A DNA stretch of 64,000 nt, taken from positions 1 through 64,000 of the IMG/VR virus record IMGVR_UViG_3300028549_000092. One strand, given 5' to 3'. The DNA is from a virus. This document shows, piece by piece, positions 20,501-28,760 of this stretch. A program made the translations under genes and the position numbers. The notes below the pieces were generated by a model. It was not told the origin of the DNA and made no database searches. It saw nothing but the letters and a program-made list of their open reading frames with translations. Position 1 is the first letter of the stretch. Every line of letters starts with the position of its first letter.

Positions 20501-23500
20501 AGTATATGAATCTCGTAATGAGGTTGATGCTGCTAAACGTAGGGTGCTTAGACAACTAGACACTAAAGATTTCAATGTTATAATAGAAAACAGCGAAGTC
20601 TTAGGTAACATTGTTTACAATCTTAAGATCATAGCTAACGATAAAAAGTCTAATTTTGTTATTGACGAACATACTTTAGCACTTGTTGAAAATGCTCTTC
20701 AAACTAATGGTATATTGAAAGACGTTAGAAGTGTTACTCAAAGCGATCTTGTAAATTGGCTAAGTAACGTTGCATACGATAAACTTGCAGGAGATATCCA
20801 CGGTAGGTTTACTATCAATGAAATACTTAGTGATCCAAAAGCTTTAATCACTACCAGACTTGCTGAATTTAAAGCTAAGATTTCTAAGTTTGACAGTGTC
20901 ATAGCTTCCATAGAAGCTGATGTTAAACGTAAAGTTGCTACTAGCATTGTTGATCCTGTACAACGTAAAGCTGTTATAGATGCTAATGTAAATTTTGTGT
21001 TAGCTACTAACAATCTTACTGATGGTCTAAATACTAGAAATAGACTTAATGTTATTTCTAAAGAGATGCAATTGTCTCTTGATAACTTTGATGTTATAGC
21101 TAAACTTGTAGAACGAGATTTGGCTAGTATGGGTATGATCGATGTTAATCAAATTAAACGCGAGCAGGATCTTCCCTCTTTACTACAGGGGAATCTAGCA
21201 GAAGCATCCAATAGCAATATTGATACCAGTATAGAGGAAGATGCAGAAACAGAGGTTAAAGAAGATACGTCTCACTATAATTATGATACAAATCTTTCTA
21301 TTAATCACAAGACTACTGCTAGTAAAGAACTTAAAAGGTTTTTTAAAGGTATTGTAAAACTTAATGCTAACGGTAGTATTGCTAAGAACATCTTTGGTGA
21401 AAATTCATACGTTAATTATAATGACGTAATGGAAGATTTGTTTAGTATTCTCGCTGGTACTCCTAGAACATTTGAACAAATGCTCGGTATCATTAGAAAG
21501 AATATTGACAATAAACCATATCTAAAGAATGTTTATGATAAACTTATGGAAGAGTATGAGGATGATTACTCTACTATTCCTGCTAAGTTTACAAAGACTA
21601 TGCAAAAGCATGAAGTTGTTATGGACTCTCTGTTAGTTAAACGTACTAAGAAAGGTTTGTTTTCTACTAGTATAAAGTCTAATAAAAGTAGTACTATTAG
21701 TAACATTATGAATCTATGGCAGAATGGGTTTATCAATACTAATTTTGTTATGCCAGTTGTTTCGGATAGTTCTGAACTATTTCTTAATGACAATTTACTA
21801 AGAGATTACGTTGAAAAATATGCTAGTTTAAATACTAGTAATGTACTTAGTGAAGTTAATTATTCTGACAAGAATGCTTACGTGTTTGTTACCAAGCTTA
21901 TTAAGAGTGGTAATAATATACTTTACACTCTGTTTGGTTTAGATAGTATAAGTGATTACAATTCTATCATGGAAGCTAAAGAGACTATTACAGAAAGTGA
22001 TCTTAAAATCTTAATTAAGAAACAAGGTATTAGTTTAGAAACTTATAATAATATAGTTGCTATTGCTACCGATCCTATTAAACTTGCAAATATTAAACGT
22101 ATTTATGCTGGTACTTTCCTAGAGGAACTCGGTATCAGTGTTAATCAAAATGCATTGGTTAGTTATCTTAAAGATACAAATGTTAAGAGTCTATTGGATG
22201 ATTTTAGAACTAAACATCTTAAAGCTTTAATAGATAACAATAAAAGTATAGATCTTACTGATGTTAATGTGTTTGCTCCTATTTATACTATACTAAAGAA
22301 TATTGCTAAACATGAAGAACGTTATGCTATAGTTCAAAAAGAAAGTTCGTATCGTGATCAAGCTGGTAAACTAGTTCAAACGTATGCTCAGTTTAAGTAT
22401 ATGTTTGAGAGACTTAGTGCTATTAAAGAAAATGATACTTACCGTGAAGCTCTTATCAATACAACTATGAATAAGGTTCATCCTTTTATGAGAACTTTGT
22501 CTAGTAAGATTGGTAATTTAGAACTTACTTATGCAGACTCTTTTGTAAATAAGTATATTAGTAATACGGAGACTAAGAAACTAGCAGAAGCTAATCCTTC
22601 TGAACTAGAACTTTTTAAACTGTATGACTATATGAACGGTGGTTCTGATTTTGGTAACTTTCTTTATCCTACTCTTTCGGATGGTAAGGTTATTATGAAA
22701 CTAAACTACGAACGTAGAGTTTATGGTATAAATCGTAAAGATGGTAAATTCACTAACGATCTAGTTAAAGATTATTTTGAATCTACCATACTTCCTGAAC
22801 TTACTCGTATAGAAGAGTTCATTAGAAAAAACCCTAATATAAATGTTAAAGGTTTTGATAAAGGTGCTACTAGACTAGTTCTAAGTCCTACTATGGATGC
22901 TTATATCAATACTGGTGAAAACAGTTTAGTTAATCAATTCAAAAACGATCCTAGTAAAACTCATATTATAACTTTGACTGAAGAGGTTAAAGATATACTT
23001 ATGAAAGAGGTTAACGAAGAAGTTACCGATAAGATTAAGAATCTTGCGGACTTAGGTATATTTACTAAAGTTCCTCTAAGTAGTGTTGTTGAAAAGGATG
23101 GTGAGACTACTGAAGTTAAAACTAAAGTAGATAATGGAGATGTTATTATAGATGGATTCGTTTATAAGTATGACATATCTACAATAGATACTAAGTTTCA
23201 TGCTATGTTAGAAGCTAAAGGTGCTAATAACGTTATCGGTTTAGTTACCAATTATGTTGTTAGTTACAGAATGGCACATAGTAATAATGTTGCACTGTTT
23301 CTTGGTGATCCTGCAACGTTTTGGAAAAAGGATCATAATAATACTAACGATAACATTAGTAAACGTCTAGCTGGTGATAGAGGTCCTGGTGAACTTACTA
23401 TGGATCATGCTGATCCTAAAGCTATCTATAATCAATTTACCATTGCGGATGTTGAGAAAGGTGTTGTTTCTGTAGCTAAGACTTTTATAGATTCTGTAGA

Positions 23501-26500
23501 TCCTAATTATGATTATTCGGATTACAACGCTGCCGATGCTCAAGAAATGACTTCGATGTATGAAGATTTAAAGGTTAGAATGAATACTGGAACTATTAGT
23601 AGAGGTCTATTCGAAGCTCTATATGATACTGAAGATGGTATAATATTCAATTTCCTTGATAAACATATTAGTTTTGAAAATGGTAATATTGTTTATGATG
23701 GGGATGCTTTAGACTATGAAGATTTAATACTTAGTAGTTTAAAATATACCGATAAGACATTGTATAACGAATACGTAGCTCTTGTTAATCAACCTGTCAA
23801 GCCTATGTATAGTAACAATGAGATTGTTTCTGATAAAGATTTCTCTGCTGATAGTAGACTTTATGTCAAGTCTTCGTCATACGCTTTACGTCCTAATCTT
23901 ACTAAAGATTTCCAAATAGACGATCTTCGTAAGGCTATGGATATTAGCACAGCTGTATATCTAAAACTTTTACAAACTCAAGGTGGGATTGAACAAGATT
24001 TAGACTTAGATACTATTAGAACTATGCTGACTACTAGTGGTCGTATAGATAGAGTGGCATTTGAAAGTGCTGTTAAGGTTGGTGCTCCAAGTGGAGTTCT
24101 ACCAAATGTGTTTGCAGAAGGTATGTCTGTTAATTCTATAATGGCTAGTTTAAAACCTGCTTCAAAGGTTTTGAATAGGTCTGGATTTAGACTTCAACAA
24201 GAACTTCCATATAGTGAAACTAAGACTGCTATTAAAAAAGGTTCGCAAGAGAGTAAACTTCTATTTAACAACCTACTAGAACTAGATGGATTATCAGACC
24301 TTAAAGAAAAGTATGATAGTCTTTATCATAGTCTATATAAATATCAAGCTGACGAACTTGTTAAATCTGTATCTCCTGATGGTGAAATAGACTACAAGAA
24401 ACTAAAGGCTATGTTGGATAAAGAAGCTCTATCTAACAACTATAACAACAATGACTTTAAAGGTCTTGATTTAAACGATGCTGGAACAGAGTTTCTAACT
24501 CCATTATTTTATCATAGTCGTAATAGATCTATAGAGAATCTATTTACAGCTATTATCAATAATAACGTTTTAAAGATTAAGATTCCTGGTCGTAGTTATG
24601 TTCTAGCTAGTGAAGTTGGTTATAAACGTGTGGTTACTGAAGTTACCAACGATACTAGAAGTAAAATAATTACTACTTCTAAGTTTGATGGTGAACTTAA
24701 AGCTCATGGATTTAGAGCTAAAGAAGATTTTGCTGATTACAAAGTTGGTGATTATGTTAAAATAGATGATATTGAAGGTAACAAAGATAAGGTTTATTTT
24801 CAACCTGACCAAGTTATTCTACCTAGTTACTTTAGAATTGACGGAAAGCTTGTTAATCTTGAGGCTAAAGAGAATGGTAGTTATGTTTATTTAAAAAATG
24901 ATGCTAACGGTAATCTCGTTATAAACGAGGATATGTTTGACGCAGATGTTTTAAAACTGTTCGGCTTTCGTATTCCAACGCAAGGTCATAGTTCTATGGC
25001 ATCTATTGAAGTTGTAGGTTTTACTCGTAAGTCTGCTGGTGAGTTTATAATAGCACCTAAAGATTTTGTTAAACGTATGGGTTCTGACTTTGACGTAGAT
25101 AAACTTTATACCTATATGTACAATATTAAATTTGATAATAACAAGTTTAGTAAAGATGTTGAAGGTAAAAAGGATATTCTAAATAAGATTGTAGATACTC
25201 ATCATGAAGTATTTGCTAATCCTAATAAAGCTATTCAGCAAATGATTCTAGCTCCTCTTTCTTACGGTATGTTTATGAATGAAGATGGTAATCATTTTCA
25301 GTCTAAGTCTACTGTTGTTAATGAGGCTATGAAAGCTGAGTTTGGAGATAATACTCCTGACATATCTAACTTTATTGATGGTATAAGATCTAAAGCTATT
25401 ACTAGAAGTTTTCTTTCTGATAAATATCAGCATGACTTTTATAAAAAGGGTCTTTCTGGTAAAGATGGTATTGCTGTATTTAGTGTTAACTCTGTATTCA
25501 ATGCTGTTGCTCAAAGTAAGAAACTTGAGTTTGGTCATACTACTAAGGAAGGTTTTGAAAGTATAGATGTTGTAATAGGTAATTCTATTGCTAAAGGTTC
25601 AGAGTTTTATAAACCTATTGGCGTTAGTAACAAATACAAGTCTTTAGTCATATCTTGGTATCAGTCTATATCTGTAGACAATGCTAAACTTAATCGTATG
25701 AATAAGGTTAACATTAATAGTAACACTTTTAATGTTATAAACTTTCTTAATCAAATGGGTTTTGATGAGGAAGTTGTTTGGCTTATCAATCAACCTATTG
25801 TAGTTAAATATCTACAAGCTGTTGATGACGCAAGTTCTAATCTTAAATCTACGTTTGTTAACAAGGTCAGTATTCAAAATCAGATTCGTAAAGAGTTTGG
25901 TATAGATAAATTTAAAACTGATTATGGAGATAGAGCTACTCCTAGAGGTATAAGTCAATTTGGTGATGACACATTTACTATAGAGAATATGTATAAAGCT
26001 ATTAAAGATCAAGGTCTTTATAGTACAACTAATTCTAATGTAGAAAGTAGTGACAGAGATGATTACAACTATCGACAACTTGCAATACTTAGCGCATTCC
26101 TTCAATACGATAAAGATGGAATGGCTATGAGTGAGATTCAACAAGCGATTAATGTAGACTCTAAAGATGTTGGTGCTGGTTTTACAGATGTTATTGTTAA
26201 ACTAAACAAACAAGATAAAGTCGTTACTACTCTTAGCGGTCAATTTAAAAATGCTGAAAAGCTTATTGGTAACGGTAGTGATAAACTAGATGTTACTAGT
26301 TCTGCAATTCAGTATGGTACTAAACTTACTAAAGAACTTTTCTCTAGTATGTTTATTCAATTTTCTAATGTTTTCGAAAATGCCTATAACGATCTTATTG
26401 GTAATGCTGGATTAGATGCTAGTTCGAGTAACATTGAAAAAGCTATAAACGGTCTTACTGACGATATTCGTCGTATGGCACATGTGTTTTCTATTGCCAA

Positions 26501-28748
26501 TAGTCTTACTGATGAACTTGGTGGTAAAGATGTGAGTGTTGTTCAAGCTATTAGATATTCACTTCTATCTGAAAACTATAAATTTAGAGGTCAATCCGAA
26601 GATGAGAAATTGAATAAAGTTTCTAATTACAACGATCGTGTTAACCTTAGAACTAGTTTACCTACGCTACTTCTTAAAATTCAAGATACTCCTTATGGTA
26701 AAACTAACAGGTTTATTATGAATATGATGGCTAAGGTTTCTAAGACTAATCACGAACTGAGTAAGATTACATACAATAACACTAGAGATAACTCTATTTC
26801 AGATGGTGCTATCTATGCTGATTTATTAGATCTTCTTTATACTAATCCTACTTTCAATTTCGACGGTAAGCTTTACAGTGGTAGACAGCTGTTTTCAGAT
26901 CTACTTATCTATTCTAAAGTTACTGGTGGTATTCAAAGGTTTAGTGACTTTGTTAAATTCATACCAGTAGAAGTTGAACGTGCTATGGGTATTTCAGATA
27001 GTTTAAAAGAGTTCGATACTCTACTTCCTGATCTACTTACAGACTTTACTTATACAGAGTTTTATCGTCAGTTTGTTCAGCATCATCCTGAATGGGCTCA
27101 TCAAATTAAACTTACTTCGTATAAGTCTGCTAACGATAGTAGTAGTACCGCATATACCATGTACGATATCGATACTAAAGCTACTGTAGATGTTAGTAAA
27201 GCTGCTGCTATTAACATTAAAGCTGATTGTACATCGGCTGTTACTAGTAAAACTTTAGTTAAAAGTAAAGATGGTAAACTAGAGGCTCCTTACAGGTTTC
27301 TAACTCATAAAACCAAAGATGGTAATTACATACTTTACGAACAAAGTGGTTTAAATGACGAAGCTAAAGAAGTTACCTATACTAGAATAGATTCTCTAGG
27401 AACTCATGGTTCTATTGAATATGATCCTTATTTCATAAAGGATGTTACTAGTACTAAAGAACCTGTTAAATCTAGTGTATTTGGTGATACTAAACGTCTA
27501 CTAGAAGCTAAGATTGATAAAGTCGTTCCTGATGAACTTCTAACAAAAGCTCAAAGAGTGTTTGGTTATAAGCTTAACAATATTAAAGAAGCTATCCATA
27601 ACATTGCTAATGTCCATCCGGATCGTTTTGTTTCTTACTTTGCTAGACATTTCTTACGTAACATTAATGCTAGTAAAGTTAAACTTCCAATTCTAATCTC
27701 TAATAAAGAGGTTGATAAGGTTTTTCTAAGTGACTCTGATAACGCTAAAGCTGTTGCTAGAAATGTTACTGGAATGGTTAATATTAAAACTACTTATCAA
27801 AATCAAGAGGTTAGTTACATTGTTTATAATGAAGATTGGATTGAACGTGACGATGTTACAGTTGCTGAGATTCAAAAGGAGATTATACATGAGATTGGAC
27901 ATACCGTATTAAATGACACTTATATCAAAGGTGTTATGGGATTAGTGGCCAAAGGTATCTATGATGTCGATAGTAACGATAGTCTTAATAAGGATACTCG
28001 AAAAGTGGCATATGAGATTTCTAACGGTAGTTTGAAATACACTCTAAACAAAAGTTTGTACAACTCGTTTAATATGAGTAAACTTACTACCGAGGAAATG
28101 TTTGTACTCAACATGGCTACTTGTTTAGATAACGCTAGAGAGTTTAACGATAACAACGGAACAGCCAAACTAGACGAACTGATAAGTAGTTATGATAGTG
28201 GCGTAATGTCTGCCGAGAATAAGGTGCTGCAAGGTTTGGTCAATCCTTTAGAGTTTATTGCCGAACTTACCAGCAATAGCGACTTCGTAAAGTACTTAGA
28301 TAAAGTTACCTATGGTAATACAAGTAACGTTGCTAAGGCACATACCAGCGTGTTTGGTGTTATAAAAACTATGATAGTTGACATTCTAAATAAGATATTC
28401 GGGTTTAAACTTAAACACAATAACGTTGCCGAAGTTGCTATTAGTAATGTCATGCTAGCTATGGAAAAGAACAATCCTACTTCTTTCACTAAGAATAAAG
28501 ATACTTCTATTCCTGGTGTAGTTTCTCAACAGTATTTGGATAACATTGCTAAAGAACAAGCTGCTAGGATTAAGGAAGCTGAATTACTATTTCCTCAACC
28601 TAGTATGCTTGAGAATGCAAATATTCTTGACGATCTAAGTATGCTAAGTGGTACAGCTATTAGGAATTTAGTAAATAATGTAGATACTGAAATTCTTCTT
28701 AATCGTCTTGTAAAAGAAGGACAAATAAACATTGCTTGCAAACTTTAA
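14574..28748 (+). CDS. Giant virion protein (4724 aa) with two-barrel RNA polymerase module and HExxH metallopeptidase motif
   Basis: 14.2-kb ORF with no stop. RIPTQGHSSM then GSDFDVDK about 38 aa later, compared with bacterial beta-prime NRAPTLH...NADFDGD. HEIGH lies about 285 aa from the C-terminus. The N-terminus has Gly/Ala-rich hydrophobic segments. Confidence 0.9.
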   Translation: MEDIKVPGNPMDTKPDGFNIDNQNNIPSSIYIEGGTDFMSTLIPKETVHYGDLDISSRVKVPKLANVGSIAKSKAGDIAPLKADGKHNSVNYNNSIKGSGIGQHEIDIYGKYVGGKVTEGIDLQEFAGQKQTGWETWARGLGKFAISASQAFTEPFVDMLYGAPAAIVCADKELFYDNGVTNWMDKVAADFSKNNPIFQTNAEKDANLMSMETLGSDAFWSDQALGSFGFTVGTILNGMVTGGLLTAAGKATQAGKAASMFERFMASYTAEGATLSGKAKTLDTIIAGMNTARTKTAIARTGLSMFSAFGEAGLEARQINNTLKPKLDALVANGDISAKDAEETLTSAKNMVFGMNTLTVGASQYVQFGKLFTRGYTAERAAIGKIGFNAESKTFENLGGKYNWMYNTAKRAVTEGNEEMLQTMYQHIAENQYSGKKNGKTFVRNGVGASIEAISKGLSPAFSNAWNSKDGQTSIFLGAVMGVLGGAHEIVKEQSNMNKGTQLAVNTLNDYTTGKDNAIYSYIKHIGDQAAIGQALEKAANKKDKFTYKNYEDQSLIKLVGALQATNSFGVFENYLNDVLSMNVDEYKKLNTGTTDDHYVVANKDALAVDILSNAKIYKNLYDTIQNNFSDRTGEHREVLYELKAATHGLDVRKAKIIASLKEKTGIDYEDTYKIAQTELISKYKKEYNATLGEGKINDPIEEGAFIRNKLNESDILNHAASIYNTQTSKAGNDEEGNDEIKDLEKINTAQANLVEYFKELSSKEGFVNSNTNAIKTNVNTAVADIKKGHKDSFKTSEKSYDEAFKKKASVETVDKATTDVTQTNDSLKTALNELDKEHPSYASKAAVYSRLISDNDNRLKSLEAKKIDLESKVTKVGNEVKPETPVEKPIAAKEEPKPNDAKVALDKLMNRADTAIRKASEAIRSAIVVLNSKPVIQKIDDVTFDTYVDRLNAFKSELLAKRSLVNKSDIYNEIVDEISNINTNVVTLVGELHKISKTTTKKTDTDNTKPVSQTSDENLVKLLDAAFEADPKGTVIAMFNRLSSNNDKDETTTTETIDTVSEISNTARTTNLDDAMDGASRARITELLFNNEAGNGYLAKLMTNDVKDFTNPIDVIGYLETILNNGEKLDKQQFAELFTPYYQYVFNNFDNKVANDLFDNQLTFPNYESNEVLYQDYLNPFIVDSLDNAPDEIIVLDKADQVKQKTPWAKVTTNYTEANGAILSVTGATMNNINTVYSGDTVNSGAVLVMTIDNEKPNFAITKQLDLNSRNITTTVISNEDVLAKVRANDWENITEEEIVNMPIKVSDSGGNELGHLHNPAWLDENRSTFDSSVNTNEGMAKAKRNLFEYKLAVVIHAANHNGAPIRTKVEFSNSGFITKNSKTKRVYKLAKHTIRNDKTVFAVAKTSSKGVSLFTSKGSEFNSENLLNKNTNFIKGITYAVSPVDATSIDGKVTYKYIALPCKSLRFGQSNLATNGKTGIGTLLADTITKALTLSIRLRSGIKLSEVDKSITDQFEALGFDLSNEKQVSDYVSGLTFARSDSRDLFKTIRDIYLSPNHSRHDEVSNGLTMINVTPKTVQFAQTGKFGFKITTITMYAEGAKFYTRTYGISDLKETTTEKEHKEHSIGMKDSNWESELRNVIMDSYIRTNGKLLNTSGTFSTPLVELDENGAITGVKLSKDYDTYNDFLKENLATDFTDVADATGKFHSTAFRAIIISEEVLKKNFAKQNKKTNLSEIADTIIQHNSARTMVKVTRAGKSFQLGYFCSVDAEEGLFSNFDTSSFKDNDTFKIAHDRAFEVISIVNSNVKQYNAKNNGDLKLVNIQGNILIYKSGDKTFSVDLNLVHNPNNSFNDTLAKEVLQGVAKLKTTDNVQVILTDGYVQFMDKPLIEDEKQLILEVDSPVEKREEPTVNTVVSDDITLDEDTLNLFADLKSIVDNNFGDSSEFSNTSVKESVEILAKEQLLNVVDDESKPVVYESRNEVDAAKRRVLRQLDTKDFNVIIENSEVLGNIVYNLKIIANDKKSNFVIDEHTLALVENALQTNGILKDVRSVTQSDLVNWLSNVAYDKLAGDIHGRFTINEILSDPKALITTRLAEFKAKISKFDSVIASIEADVKRKVATSIVDPVQRKAVIDANVNFVLATNNLTDGLNTRNRLNVISKEMQLSLDNFDVIAKLVERDLASMGMIDVNQIKREQDLPSLLQGNLAEASNSNIDTSIEEDAETEVKEDTSHYNYDTNLSINHKTTASKELKRFFKGIVKLNANGSIAKNIFGENSYVNYNDVMEDLFSILAGTPRTFEQMLGIIRKNIDNKPYLKNVYDKLMEEYEDDYSTIPAKFTKTMQKHEVVMDSLLVKRTKKGLFSTSIKSNKSSTISNIMNLWQNGFINTNFVMPVVSDSSELFLNDNLLRDYVEKYASLNTSNVLSEVNYSDKNAYVFVTKLIKSGNNILYTLFGLDSISDYNSIMEAKETITESDLKILIKKQGISLETYNNIVAIATDPIKLANIKRIYAGTFLEELGISVNQNALVSYLKDTNVKSLLDDFRTKHLKALIDNNKSIDLTDVNVFAPIYTILKNIAKHEERYAIVQKESSYRDQAGKLVQTYAQFKYMFERLSAIKENDTYREALINTTMNKVHPFMRTLSSKIGNLELTYADSFVNKYISNTETKKLAEANPSELELFKLYDYMNGGSDFGNFLYPTLSDGKVIMKLNYERRVYGINRKDGKFTNDLVKDYFESTILPELTRIEEFIRKNPNINVKGFDKGATRLVLSPTMDAYINTGENSLVNQFKNDPSKTHIITLTEEVKDILMKEVNEEVTDKIKNLADLGIFTKVPLSSVVEKDGETTEVKTKVDNGDVIIDGFVYKYDISTIDTKFHAMLEAKGANNVIGLVTNYVVSYRMAHSNNVALFLGDPATFWKKDHNNTNDNISKRLAGDRGPGELTMDHADPKAIYNQFTIADVEKGVVSVAKTFIDSVDPNYDYSDYNAADAQEMTSMYEDLKVRMNTGTISRGLFEALYDTEDGIIFNFLDKHISFENGNIVYDGDALDYEDLILSSLKYTDKTLYNEYVALVNQPVKPMYSNNEIVSDKDFSADSRLYVKSSSYALRPNLTKDFQIDDLRKAMDISTAVYLKLLQTQGGIEQDLDLDTIRTMLTTSGRIDRVAFESAVKVGAPSGVLPNVFAEGMSVNSIMASLKPASKVLNRSGFRLQQELPYSETKTAIKKGSQESKLLFNNLLELDGLSDLKEKYDSLYHSLYKYQADELVKSVSPDGEIDYKKLKAMLDKEALSNNYNNNDFKGLDLNDAGTEFLTPLFYHSRNRSIENLFTAIINNNVLKIKIPGRSYVLASEVGYKRVVTEVTNDTRSKIITTSKFDGELKAHGFRAKEDFADYKVGDYVKIDDIEGNKDKVYFQPDQVILPSYFRIDGKLVNLEAKENGSYVYLKNDANGNLVINEDMFDADVLKLFGFRIPTQGHSSMASIEVVGFTRKSAGEFIIAPKDFVKRMGSDFDVDKLYTYMYNIKFDNNKFSKDVEGKKDILNKIVDTHHEVFANPNKAIQQMILAPLSYGMFMNEDGNHFQSKSTVVNEAMKAEFGDNTPDISNFIDGIRSKAITRSFLSDKYQHDFYKKGLSGKDGIAVFSVNSVFNAVAQSKKLEFGHTTKEGFESIDVVIGNSIAKGSEFYKPIGVSNKYKSLVISWYQSISVDNAKLNRMNKVNINSNTFNVINFLNQMGFDEEVVWLINQPIVVKYLQAVDDASSNLKSTFVNKVSIQNQIRKEFGIDKFKTDYGDRATPRGISQFGDDTFTIENMYKAIKDQGLYSTTNSNVESSDRDDYNYRQLAILSAFLQYDKDGMAMSEIQQAINVDSKDVGAGFTDVIVKLNKQDKVVTTLSGQFKNAEKLIGNGSDKLDVTSSAIQYGTKLTKELFSSMFIQFSNVFENAYNDLIGNAGLDASSSNIEKAINGLTDDIRRMAHVFSIANSLTDELGGKDVSVVQAIRYSLLSENYKFRGQSEDEKLNKVSNYNDRVNLRTSLPTLLLKIQDTPYGKTNRFIMNMMAKVSKTNHELSKITYNNTRDNSISDGAIYADLLDLLYTNPTFNFDGKLYSGRQLFSDLLIYSKVTGGIQRFSDFVKFIPVEVERAMGISDSLKEFDTLLPDLLTDFTYTEFYRQFVQHHPEWAHQIKLTSYKSANDSSSTAYTMYDIDTKATVDVSKAAAINIKADCTSAVTSKTLVKSKDGKLEAPYRFLTHKTKDGNYILYEQSGLNDEAKEVTYTRIDSLGTHGSIEYDPYFIKDVTSTKEPVKSSVFGDTKRLLEAKIDKVVPDELLTKAQRVFGYKLNNIKEAIHNIANVHPDRFVSYFARHFLRNINASKVKLPILISNKEVDKVFLSDSDNAKAVARNVTGMVNIKTTYQNQEVSYIVYNEDWIERDDVTVAEIQKEIIHEIGHTVLNDTYIKGVMGLVAKGIYDVDSNDSLNKDTRKVAYEISNGSLKYTLNKSLYNSFNMSKLTTEEMFVLNMATCLDNAREFNDNNGTAKLDELISSYDSGVMSAENKVLQGLVNPLEFIAELTSNSDFVKYLDKVTYGNTSNVAKAHTSVFGVIKTMIVDILNKIFGFKLKHNNVAEVAISNVMLAMEKNNPTSFTKNKDTSIPGVVSQQYLDNIAKEQAARIKEAELLFPQPSMLENANILDDLSMLSGTAIRNLVNNVDTEILLNRLVKEGQINIACKL
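20275..20299 (+). repeat. Dispersed motif copy
   Basis: tagattcccctgtagaaaagaggga. Inside the giant ORF, read as DSPVEKRE. Confidence 0.9.
21173..21197 (-). repeat. Dispersed motif copy (reverse orientation)
   Basis: Plus strand reads tccctctttactacaggggaatcta. Inside the giant ORF, read as PSLLQGNL. Confidence 0.9.
24969..25100 (+). other. Beta-prime-like DPBB catalytic segment (R-x-P-T-x-x-H ... D-F-D-V-D) within the giant ORF
   Basis: In-frame codons cgt att cca acg caa ggt cat at 24969 and gac ttt gac gta gat at 25086-25100. Confidence 0.7.
27888..27902 (+). other. HExxH (HEIGH) zincin motif within the giant ORF
   Basis: cat gag att gga cat, in frame. Context is EIIHEIGHTVLND. Confidence 0.5.
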
Positions 28749-28760
28749 AATATTAAGACT

